A DNA stretch of 32,000 bases from Trichodesmium erythraeum IMS101 (GTDB taxonomy: Bacteria; Cyanobacteriota; Cyanobacteriia; Cyanobacteriales; Microcoleaceae): contig NC_008312.1 in NCBI RefSeq assembly GCF_000014265.1, positions 4,710,001 through 4,742,000 on the forward strand, read 5' to 3'. The notes beneath the pieces are model-generated. The model made no database searches. It saw nothing but the letters and a program-made list of their open reading frames with translations, and had not been told where the DNA came from. Below, one piece after another: positions 1 to 8,687 of this stretch (positions within the stretch are counted from its first letter, which is position 1; each line of letters starts with the position of its first letter). A program made the translations under genes and the position numbers.

Positions 1-918
1 TCCCAAACGCTCAGGAGAATTAGCAAGTATCAGAGGACGTAGCCTTGTATCATACAAATCTCTGAGTATAGAAACAATTGCCGAAGCCACCAAAATATTT
101 TGTAAGCGACTACCCATAGTTCGGAGGGAACCACGACCACCTTGAGAGAAAAACCAATTTGAGACTCTTTCTGCATGAATAGGCTCAAATGTACGCCGTA
201 ATTTCCAAGGGAGACCATAATAATCAGGCATCTTCCTATATTCCTCCATAATCTGGCGAATCTGTCTAGTTTGTTCCTCAAAACCCATTTCAGCAAATTT
301 AGGATTTTCATAATTGTTGACAGATATAGGAACATCTTCCACTATAGGAGTAGGATACTCCTCTTTTTGTGGAGTTAACTCTAACTGTTCGGCAGCAGCA
401 GCCAAATCTTGCAAGCTTCCCACCAAATAATCTTTAAAACCCTTAATTCTAATTGCCAAATCCTGAGAAGTGCCAGCAAAAGTAGTCCGCATCTCCTTTT
501 CAATACGTTCTTTGCGATGCTCTAGTTTTTCTACCTCTATTTGCAAGGTTTGTTTATGTTGCTCCAACTGACTTAAAGCTTCTGGGACTAAACTCCCTAT
601 AGCCTTAGTTTGGGCTATCACTTCTTGTTGTAATTTAGCCTTAATTTCTTGTAAAGTAGCTATTTCTTCTTTCAAGTTTTGTTGTTGCTGTAGTCGATCA
701 ATAACTACTGTTGTTAATTCTTTTTCATTTTTATCAACTGGCGCGGTTGTAGAGTCCTCAGTCAAACTAGAAGAATCTGTAGAAAGAGTTTCAATCTTGA
801 TTTTTTCATCTAAGTCGGTAGCTTCAGGAATTATTTGATTTAAGTTATCTGAATTCACTGAAGTTTTTGTTAATGGTTCTTTTGGTTCTTTTGGTTGTAT
901 TTTGTCTGGGTACATCAT
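1..918 (-). CDS. Conserved cyanobacterial coiled-coil protein (DUF3086-like); C-terminus runs off the window
   Basis: The minus-strand frame is open from ATG at 918 (ATGATGTACCCAGAC...) to position 1, 306 codons. It is absent from the ORF track because no stop lies in the window. My translation starts MMYPDKIQPKEPKEP, continues through a heptad-rich QQQQNLKEEIATLQEIKAKLQQEV segment, and ends ...NWFFSQGGRGSLRTMGSRLQNILVASAIVSILRDLYDTRLRPLILANSPERLG. I recall that last block as the conserved C-block of DUF3086 proteins. The listed ORF 30..335 is another frame and looks spurious. Confidence 0.75.
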   Translation of the reverse strand, partial: MMYPDKIQPKEPKEPLTKTSVNSDNLNQIIPEATDLDEKIKIETLSTDSSSLTEDSTTAPVDKNEKELTTVVIDRLQQQQNLKEEIATLQEIKAKLQQEVIAQTKAIGSLVPEALSQLEQHKQTLQIEVEKLEHRKERIEKEMRTTFAGTSQDLAIRIKGFKDYLVGSLQDLAAAAEQLELTPQKEEYPTPIVEDVPISVNNYENPKFAEMGFEEQTRQIRQIMEEYRKMPDYYGLPWKLRRTFEPIHAERVSNWFFSQGGRGSLRTMGSRLQNILVASAIVSILRDLYDTRLRPLILANSPERLG

Positions 919-1162
919 GAAAAAAAATATAAAAAATTTATACTATTGAAAAAGAAAAAATTCCCATAGCTAGACTAAAAAAGCTGTAGTAATTTATGAA
1001 GTGGAAATAACACAGAAAAACTTTTGTTTTTCCAATCTCAAACTTTACATATTCTAGCTAGTGCAGTTTGTGACAAATAAAATAACTGATAAATTACAAA
1101 ATTATTAAAGTAATACTCATCAACAATACTTTTTAATTTTGATTTCTGGGTAGCGGCATCAG

Positions 1163-1555
1163 TTAATCCTGATTTAAAGGAAAGTTATTTTCTAGGCAAG
1201 TTCGCAACATTTTAGGATCAAAAATAATTGGTAGAAAATGGATACTTTTAATTTCCCTAAAATAGAATAGAATGGGAATAGGAGACCAGAATATTTCCCA
1301 GTTGAGCCAATCTTGATAAGGAAAGTTTCGTAAGAGTTTCTCTGAACGGTATACTTCTAAGGCTGTCTCAGTAAATTTCAGACGGATAGTTATTGTTTGA
1401 ATTAATAGAAAAAGTCCCAATATAGCGATCGCTATACTCACCCATTTTTGTATAAATGCCAAAGGTAATGCAGCAATTATTAGGACTAAAGGAATTTTAT
1501 AACTAGGGGCAAGTTCAATAGCTTGTTTTGCTTGTGAGGTAGAAATAGTAGTCAT
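1163..1555 (-). CDS. Small two-TM membrane protein, DUF3119-like
   Basis: 130-aa ORF with two hydrophobic helices (LVLIIAALPLAF, VSIAIAILGLFLLI) followed by ...FPYQDWLNWEIFWSPIPILFYFREIKSIHFLPIIFDP. This resembles the DUF3119 family found in cyanobacteria and plastid lineages. It is co-oriented with the flanking conserved genes. Confidence 0.7.
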   Translation of the reverse strand: MTTISTSQAKQAIELAPSYKIPLVLIIAALPLAFIQKWVSIAIAILGLFLLIQTITIRLKFTETALEVYRSEKLLRNFPYQDWLNWEIFWSPIPILFYFREIKSIHFLPIIFDPKMLRTCLENNFPLNQD

Positions 1556-2275
1556 AGTTTTATGTTAATTAATTCAATATAATTATCTATTTTTATTTTC
1601 TGTTTCTTGTTATCTACAAAAATCAGTCAAACATAATATTTGAGTGATTAGTTATTTCTATTCGGTGCTTCAACTGGAAGTATATGCAATCTTTATTCTA
1701 CAAGCATACGAGGTCGAACTGAGGTGACATTGCTAAGTTGTTGACTGCATTCAAACCTCATTTCACAACTAAAACTACACTAAAAGTATTTCAGCTAACA
1801 TAACTTTTTGCTCTTTATTTGGGTGCAATTTATTTTTTAATCCAAGTATTATAAAGCAGATAATTGGTTATTGTTATATTATAGATAATATCAGATTACA
1901 GCAAATACTTACAAAGCCTAATTTTTAAAACTTCAAAAACTACAATTGCAATTACTTTTTTGGTAATGAATCTTACCACCCTCTTAAAAAAAGTTTTTTT
2001 ATCTATGTTTTATCTATTTTTATCTCTTTATTATGCTTTATTTTACCCAAAAACTGTTTCGGCGGTTGGTTTTATTAGTTGAATCTATGCTTTAGCTAAT
2101 AAATGATAATAAAAAAATGATTATAATTTTTTTTATTCAATCAAAAGTCAATTATGGTCCAATTTTTTTTTTCAGAAGCCCGTAGCAAAAGCACAGAGTA
2201 TTATATAGTATATTCCAGATTAATATAGTTCAATTGACAGAATAAAATTTTTTTCCTATTCTACCCAACCCTAGT

Positions 2276-3073
2276 TCAAAGGCCCTGCTTCATGGCCCCA
2301 CCCATACCTTGGAACATTGCCCAAGATAAAAAGAAATTAAAAATAAAGATAGATATTAAGGATGTCACAACGGCCGTAGTTGTAGATTTTCCCACACCTT
2401 TTGCCCCACCAGTAGTAGTTAAACCCCAGCTTGTACCAATTACAGCAATTAAAACACCAAAGACAACTGATTTAGTTAATCCACTGCACAGATCCCAAAG
2501 AGTTAAAAAACTCCGGACAGAATCAATATACATGCTTTGGGGAATATCGTATAGATTTACTGCAATTATTAGTCCACCAAATATAGCAGCCACCAAACAC
2601 AATAAAGTTAAGATTGGCATCATTACACCACAAGCAATAACTCTGGGAATAACTAAATAATCTACTGGATCTGTTTTCAGTATATATAGAGCATCTATTT
2701 GCTCTGTCACTTTCATCGTGCCTATTTCTGCCGCAAATGCTGAACCTACTCGCCCCGCAACAACAACTGCTGTTAAAACAGGACCAAGTTCCCTAGATAA
2801 AGTTAGAGCCAACATACCTCCAACCATATTAGCTGTACCAAAAGCTACAAGTTCCCTGGCAACCTGAATAGTAAATACCATACCGACAAAACTAGCTGTC
2901 AGCAAGACAATTAGTAAAGATTCTGGACCGACGATCGCCATTTGCTCAATGGTATTACGACGATAAATTTTGCCATGGAATAAATGGACAAATACTTGGC
3001 CAGCTAAATATGTAGCTGCCAACATTCGTTGTCCCCACAACCCTAAACTAAAGTTAAAAAAAATTTTACTCAA
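2276..3073 (-). CDS. mlaE: MlaE/TGD1-family lipid ABC transporter permease
   Basis: 265-aa multi-pass hydrophobic ORF carrying the family block LSRELGPVLTAVVVAGRVGSAFAAEIGTMKVTEQIDAL, as in E. coli MlaE and plant TGD1. The length is typical of the family. Confidence 0.9.
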   Translation of the reverse strand: MSKIFFNFSLGLWGQRMLAATYLAGQVFVHLFHGKIYRRNTIEQMAIVGPESLLIVLLTASFVGMVFTIQVARELVAFGTANMVGGMLALTLSRELGPVLTAVVVAGRVGSAFAAEIGTMKVTEQIDALYILKTDPVDYLVIPRVIACGVMMPILTLLCLVAAIFGGLIIAVNLYDIPQSMYIDSVRSFLTLWDLCSGLTKSVVFGVLIAVIGTSWGLTTTGGAKGVGKSTTTAVVTSLISIFIFNFFLSWAMFQGMGGAMKQGL

Positions 3074-3251
3074 TATAAACTAGAATATTTACGAGAAATT
3101 TACTAATCTTCAACAAGATTTTTAGATCAAAATTTAAGTTTTCTTACAGATTTACTGATTTTAAGTGATATTTATCTATAATAAGCGAATTAGCTTATGT
3201 AGTTAACTTGCTACTGAAGTTGAATTACATCTGAACTTGTGGTTAATTATT

Positions 3252-3545
3252 ATGACTATTTTAACTAATTTCCTACGTTCTTTACTATTAACAACTATTT
3301 TTAGCTTTATCACTCCCATTATTTTAATTGGGGTTAGCTGGGTTAGCTTTACTTTAATTAGTCGTCTTCCTAGTTTACAGGGAATTGGTCAATCTGGTAT
3401 TGACCAAATGTGGGAATTATTAGCAACTTTCGGCAGTGGCCATCCTTGGCAAGGATGTTTAGTAATTGCTATTACCTGTAGTTTAGTAGGAGCTATGTTT
3501 GATACTTATGTGTTTTATCAAAATTCACCGAAAAAATGGGTCTAA
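3252..3545 (+). CDS. Small hypothetical membrane protein (about 97 aa)
   Basis: The ORF track starts at TTG 3237. ATG at 3252 (MTILTNFLRS...) is the more likely start. It has two to three hydrophobic segments and is divergent from mlaE. I recognise no family. Confidence 0.5.
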   Translation: MTILTNFLRSLLLTTIFSFITPIILIGVSWVSFTLISRLPSLQGIGQSGIDQMWELLATFGSGHPWQGCLVIAITCSLVGAMFDTYVFYQNSPKKWV

Positions 3546-5263
3546 AGTCTCTATCTTTTAGTTTGACCTTTTATGGATTAAAGTAGTAATGAATATATTA
3601 TCATATGATTAATTTAGATAATAATTATGAAAGCTTAATTTAAGTTTAGTATTTATCCGAATCTTGTACAAAGACATCGACGTTGCAAAGCTATTTGTTG
3701 GTGTACTTGTTATTTGGAATGATACTCTGGCTTGCTGCCAATAAAATTATCAAATAGGAGCAAATAAACCATTATTATCTAAGCTACTCAACTATTTTCT
3801 TTAAGTGCCTAAATAAAGTTAATTACATATTTTAGGTTGAAATTATTAAGCACTTTTTTGAAATAATTAAGTAAACTTAGCTGATTCTCACTCATTTAAG
3901 CATCAAACTAAATCAATGCATATTTAATAAATTTCCTGAGAATCTCAATTAAGTTTTGTTTAAGTTAAGTAAGTAGATAACCCAAAAATATAGAAATTTA
4001 TTGACTCCCATTACTATAGCTTTTTAATTAAATTATCATACTTTAGAATTGAGCCTTAAAACATAATTGCTACTGTAGGTTTAGACAAATTGTCACTAAA
4101 TTAATCTCAAAATTTCCTGACTATTTTACTGTTGATAATTCCGTAGTTAATTTCATAATATAATTTATTTGTAGGATTCATTAACCCCAAACAAGATATT
4201 AATTCTTTGAATTTGACAGCTTTTCGTTGTTATTTTTACCTTTTTTTTCGGCAAAGCGAACATAAGGTCTAAAATCAAATCCACTATTTTCTAAATATCT
4301 CAAGTCAATTTCTCCCTTTTCTTTGGTAGGGAATTTTTTTTATTTCTAATAATTTAGGTTTTTTTACTTCTACTTCCCAGGAATCAGGAGTTTTATTAAT
4401 TTATATTTTTTGATAATTTTTTTGATCGTTTCTTTCCTAACATCTATTCCCCATCATTGAGAAATTTTTATTCCAACCTATCTTAAGTTTTTTAAGCTTT
4501 CTTTGACCCACTGTTTGACTATATCTTTTTTGTTCCTTACTATATTTAACTTCCTATTTTTGCTTCTTCCTTTGTGATTATATAATTTTAATTCGCTATT
4601 TGTTTGCTATTAGTTTGTGATATGTTCGCTATTAATTCATTATTAATTCGCTATTAGTTCACTATATTTAGAAATTATGAATAATCTTTGGGCTATAAGA
4701 GACGATTACTAAAAGGCTAATAGTTGAAATTATCCCACTTTATTTTAAGATTTTATTCTATCTGAAGCTTTCTCGCTTCTCGTATAATGCTTAGATAATT
4801 CCAATAATTAGGAATATTTTTCTTTCACGGAGCCTTGCAGAGTTTGCTTTAGTCGCGATCGCTATTCCTTTCTTGAACAAATATGTGGGAAAATAGAAAA
4901 AACTTGACAACTTCTCCAACAAAAACCTACAGGAACTTTAATAAGCTCAAAAACTATTTTGAACTGAAATAACATGACAGAACAAAAGATGCACGGTAAT
5001 TACGATCACATTTAAGGGAGGAACCGAATTCGATAATTCTTTCTCCTAAGTTACAATTAAGATAATTTGAAAAAAATTTAATTTAGTTCCTAAGACTTAT
5101 AGTGTGTTTCATCATCAGTGATGTATGTCTGTGACTGGCAAGAGGCTCGCACTGTAAATACTTGATCATTAATGTTTATAGCTTATATACTCAATGTGAT
5201 CCAAAATACTTTTTGGTGTACAAACTGGGAATTTTTTGAATATTATCCTAATCACAAAAACTT

Positions 5264-5706
5264 GAGTACGGCAACTGCGATCATATCTTTACCATTTTCC
5301 TCACTTACTGAAGACAAAATCTACTATAAAATAGAAATAGAAACAAAGAATTAAATGACACATAAAATATAAATTGAGGAGGTAATAAATATAGCTATTG
5401 TTGATTTTTATATTGCCCATGAAATTGATTCCTAACAAAAATAAATAAATGATTTAATTTGCTAAATTATAGCCTTGTATAAAGATGTGATTACATTAAA
5501 AAAAAAGAGTACGGCAACTGCGATCGCATCTTTAACGTTTTCCTCACTTACTGAAAACAAAATCTACTATAAAATAGAAATAGAAACAACAAATTAAATT
5601 ATACATAAAACAGACATTGAGGAGGTAATAACTATAGATATTGTTAATTTTTTTATGTTGCTCATGATTTCGATTCCTTTAATTAGCTAAATATTAGATG
5701 TGATTA
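5264..5706 (+). repeat. Two decayed mini-units of the hsp20 repeat (leader plus start-codon relic, coding body deleted)
   Basis: Starts near 5264 and 5507, period about 243 bp. Each carries gagtacggcaactgcgatc...ttttcctcacttactga...ctactataaaatagaaatagaaaca...ttgaggaggtaataa followed by ATAGCTATTGTTGATTTTTAT. This parallels the intact units (…tttccctcacttactcaac…ggaggtaataaATGGCTATTGTTAGTTTTCCT). ATG has become ATA and a stop follows after 14 codons. Confidence 0.75.
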
Positions 5707-5751
5707 TATAGCAATCGAAGCAAAGGTTAGGACGTTAACTTAACAGCATAA

Positions 5752-6285
5752 TCAACTCTCAATGCGAAAATTTTCTATTGTTCCTTCTGACTTTCTGACT
5801 CGATTTTTAATTGGAAACCAATAATGTTCTATTTCATTTAAGTCAGGAGAATATGGTGGTAAATATTCAAGCTCACAATTCACTGATTCTATTAATTCTC
5901 TAACTTTTTGGGATTTATGAAAACTTGCATTGTCTAATATTACTAATTGTCCTGTTTTTAATTGTGGCAACAATTTTTCTCTCAACCATTTTTCAAAAAC
6001 TACACGGTTACAAGAGCCTTCAAATGTTAATGGAGCAACTAATTTTCCTTCACACAAACCACTTACAATACTTACCCTTAGACTTCTTTTTCCTGACTTT
6101 AAATCGTAATATCTTTTTCCCAATTCATTCCATCCATAACCATAATCTTCTCTATTATCCATACCTGATTCATCTATATACACTAGCTGTTCCGGCCTTT
6201 TATCGCGAATTTTGGCCAGAAATTTCTTTCTTTTGTCTTCATCTCTTTCTCTGTAACCGTAAGTTTTTTTTTCTTGTATAACCAA
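5752..6285 (-). CDS. IS630 transposase, DDE catalytic part (orfB), reached by a -1 shift in the A9 run
   Basis: 177 aa with LVYIDESGMD ... LVILDNASFHKS ... [18 protein letters not shown], the DD(34-35)E signature of IS630. A -1 slip on A AAA AAA AA joins ...IGYTRKKK to TYGYRERDEDKRKKF. I cannot tell whether this is programmed frameshifting or a lesion. Confidence 0.85.
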   Translation of the reverse strand: MVIQEKKTYGYRERDEDKRKKFLAKIRDKRPEQLVYIDESGMDNREDYGYGWNELGKRYYDLKSGKRSLRVSIVSGLCEGKLVAPLTFEGSCNRVVFEKWLREKLLPQLKTGQLVILDNASFHKSQKVRELIESVNCELEYLPPYSPDLNEIEHYWFPIKNRVRKSEGTIENFRIES

Positions 6286-6598
6286 TTTTTTTTAAGGCTT
6301 TACTTATAGTGCGATCGCTTACCTTATCTGGCCATTCATCAGCCATTTCTTTTTGAGTTTTACTGCCATTAATCTGGGCAAATTTTCTGAATTGTTCTAA
6401 GTCTGGTATTTTGGGATTATATCCTTTTTGATAACCTGTTTTTGCTTTTATATCCCCAGTTTCTCTTCTTCTATGTAACCAAGTATTGATGGTATTACGA
6501 CTAATCTTAAATATAGAACTTACTTGAGTTTTACTCATCCCACCATCAATGGCCTTAATAACTTTTTGTCTTAAGTCATAGCTATAAGGAGAAGGCAT
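6239..6598 (-). CDS. IS630 transposase, N-terminal HTH part (orfA)
   Basis: 119 aa: MPSPYSYDLRQKVIKAIDGGMSKTQVSSIFKISRNTINTWLHRRRETGD, a typical IS630 HTH region. It ends just after an A9 run (T9 at 6264-6272 on the plus strand). Confidence 0.85.
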   Translation of the reverse strand: MPSPYSYDLRQKVIKAIDGGMSKTQVSSIFKISRNTINTWLHRRRETGDIKAKTGYQKGYNPKIPDLEQFRKFAQINGSKTQKEMADEWPDKVSDRTISKALKKIGYTRKKNLRLQRKR

Positions 6599-6796
6599 AA
6601 TCTTTCCTAGATAATTTTTCGAGCATTATGTCCTAATCTTTGCTTCGACTGCTATACTCAAGAAATAATACGGCAGTTATGATCGCATCTTTTCTTTTTT
6701 TATTACTTGTTGAAGAAAAAAAGTCTACTAACTTAAGTAGAAACATCAAAAATAAATAAAATCACATCTAAAACATAAATTTAGGAGATTATAAAT

Positions 6797-7027
6797 ATGA
6801 CTCTTGTTAATATTTATATTGCACCTAAAATAAATTCCTAGCCGAAAGAAATAAATAATTTATTTGAGTTTTTTGCTCCTAGTATAAATCGTGAATTCAA
6901 AGGAATAGCATTTACACCAGAAGTTGAAATTTATGAAAAAAACAATGGAATTAATTTAAAACTGGAAATAACCGGTTTGGATAGTAAAGATTTAGATATA
7001 CAAGCTACTGCTAAAGCAGTTAATTGA
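6797..7027 (+). pseudogene. Hsp20/alpha-crystallin relic (start plus part of the ACD)
   Basis: A leader with ttaggagattataaATATG is followed by MTLVNIYIAPKINS*. Further on, ...KGIAFTPEVEIYEKNNGINLKLEITGLDSKDLDIQATAKAVN* matches the ACD beta-strands of the intact copies (FTPAVEIYENNDAIDLRLEIPGLEVKDLDVQVTAEAVE). Similarity ends at about 7027. Confidence 0.75.
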
Positions 7028-7394
7028 AATAAGAGTCAAATCAGACAACCGATAGGGTCACCTGATCAGAGTGAAAGTAGTGACCACTAGGATTAAAACT
7101 ATAGGCATGAGAGTTATTAGCATTATCAGAAAATAAATAGGGCTAGTAACTTTATAGCAAATGAATCTATTGAACAAAATAAAAGGAATGACTACTTCTG
7201 TAACATTATAAGATTGCCTATCAAAATTTTACTGCAAGTATATGCTGCAATGATCTAGTAATTATAATCTTGCGCTGGGAAGGGAGTAATTATTTATTAT
7301 GGCAGAAAACAGGATTAATTTTGCTAATGTTTTTCTCTGGACTTCTGTTCAGAAAAATCTTCTAAATATTCACAAAATAACTAATTGATTAATT

Positions 7395-7772
7395 ATGCAC
7401 CAAAATATCTCTTCACTAAGCCATAAAAATTTACCAAGACCTAAGGGTATACCTGGCAACAATTCTGATGCACATATGTATTTATCAATGTATCAAACTA
7501 TTGCAAAAAAAGAGCATGTAGAAAAGGAACTACGAGATCTAGAGAGGCGAACTAAAAAGGCTAAACAAAAATTGGCTATGCTTGAGGAACAAATAAGCAA
7601 ATATCCTGCACTATCGCCCGAACTAAAAAATCCAACTCAGTCACAAACGAAACAACACACTAGTATGTTAAAAAAACACAAAACCTTGAACGTATTCGAT
7701 AAAACCAGCACAACTGGGAGGGGTAGTACTCAGAATGAAACGAAATTTACAACAATTACTATGGGATATTAG
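7395..7772 (+). CDS. Hypothetical lysine-rich coiled-coil protein (125 aa)
   Basis: ATG ORF. The central segment MYLSMYQTIAKKEHVEKELRDLERRTKKAKQKLAMLEEQISK is heptad-like and the tail is S/T/K/Q-rich low complexity. There is no clear SD. It lies in about 1.4 kb of unique sequence embedded between hsp20 relics. Confidence 0.4.
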   Translation: MHQNISSLSHKNLPRPKGIPGNNSDAHMYLSMYQTIAKKEHVEKELRDLERRTKKAKQKLAMLEEQISKYPALSPELKNPTQSQTKQHTSMLKKHKTLNVFDKTSTTGRGSTQNETKFTTITMGY

Positions 7773-7972
7773 TAATTCGTAATTATCTCTCGTTTTGTTG
7801 CTCCTTTATGTTTGGAAGTACAGGTTAAGTTTTGGATGAGGTTTATCTCATTGAGTATTGATCCCTCACGGGCTGATAATTAGTGAAAGTTATTGTTAAA
7901 TAAGGGTTTTAAGGATACATTAAAGGGTTCAAATTGGCGATGACAACACAAAAATATAATTATTATTAGCAA

Positions 7973-8003
7973 GGGTGTCGGTGAGGGAAGTTCGCCGACA
8001 CCC
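7973..8003. other. GC-rich hairpin (GGGTGTCGGTG / CGCCGACACCC) in an AT-rich spacer
   Basis: An inverted repeat with about a 10-bp stem around a 9-nt loop. No flanking U-tract on either strand, so it is not a canonical terminator. Confidence 0.4.
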
Positions 8004-8551
8004 GCAGCTAAATTGGATGTATTTTTCAAGTTTGAGACGACAAACACATATTGTGAATAAACTAGGGGTAATTTAATTTTAAAGACATTATATATAGAGA
8101 TCAGTAAATTAGATGTATTTGCCCTAATGGCTGCCCGAAAAGTTGAAATAAAAATCAACTAAAATTGGGGGGAGAAGGGGTTGGTTCTCGAAGCTAACTA
8201 ACTTCTTTTCTAGAAATGACGATGATTATTACTAACCGAAAAATCAATATTTTCTAAAAAAGTAGAATTATTTAAATCTTTGTCCGACAATAGTTTGGAG
8301 TATATTGTTGCCCTGTTATGAATTGAGCATATCATAGCATTTCAAAAAAGAATTTTATAAATAAGTTAAGTATTATAATCATGTCATAGTAGGCATTTTG
8401 AAAGTTAGTATTAGCAGGTAGTAAATAGCTACTGTGAATTTTTATGTTGTGCGTGAAGTTGATCCCGGCAAAAAAATCAATCAATTATTGGCTGGATATT
8501 TGCGCTGCTAATTAGCTAAATATTAGTCATTGAGAAAGATGGAATGAACTG

Positions 8552-8603
8552 AAAAAAAAAAGAGTAGGGAAAGTACCTGAGTTTGTTTCTCGTTTCCCTC
8601 ACT
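8552..8603 (-). terminator. Intrinsic-terminator-like hairpin plus U-run in ANTISENSE orientation (representative; recurs in every array spacer)
   Basis: The plus strand reads A10-g-AGTAGGGAAA-(20 nt)-TTTCCCTcACT. On the minus strand this is a 10-bp stem with one bulge, followed by c and a U8-10 tract. It recurs at about 9232-9281, 9910-9959 and in each later spacer. No T-run follows it on the plus strand. Confidence 0.35.
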
Positions 8604-8687
8604 TACTCAACACATAATTTACTCTAAAGTAGAAAAAGAAATAAGAAATTAATCGTACATAAAACATAAATTTCGGAGGTAATAAAG

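Larger units (their letters stand above)
5707..6656 (-). mobile_element. IS630-family insertion sequence (type 1), about 950 bp including TA duplication
   Basis: Terminal inverted repeats are tatagcaAtcgaagcaaagGttaggac (5707-5733) and the reverse complement of gtcctaatctttgcttcgactgctata (6630-6656), 25/27 matching. TA lies at both junctions, as expected for IS630/Tc1-mariner. The element interrupts the spacer of a decayed hsp20 unit. Confidence 0.85.

Noticed and set aside
30-335. Track ORF (101 aa, minus strand)
   Set aside because: It is an alternative frame inside the 306-codon DUF3086-like reading frame. Its sequence is low-complexity and not protein-like.
2292-2660. Track ORF (122 aa, plus strand) antisense to mlaE
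   Set aside because: It lies entirely within the strongly supported MlaE CDS on the other strand. Its composition is typical of an antisense shadow ORF.
5172-5354. Track ORF (60 aa, plus strand)
   Set aside because: It spans a decayed repeat leader, has no RBS, and ends in the relic leader sequence.
5925-6281. Track ORF antisense to the IS630 transposase
   Set aside because: It is a shadow ORF within a well-supported DDE transposase frame.
7395-7772. Calling the 125-aa coiled-coil ORF a gas-vesicle protein (GvpV-like) and linking the Hsp20 array to gas vesicles (GvpH is Hsp20-like in archaea)
   Set aside because: The idea rests only on a vague remembered pattern. No gvpA/N/J/K/F genes are in the window. 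It is not reported as an annotation.
7880-8158. Track ORF (92 aa, minus strand)
   Set aside because: The peptide is low-complexity and I/L/N/F-rich. It has no RBS, overlaps the GC hairpin, and shows no recognisable features.
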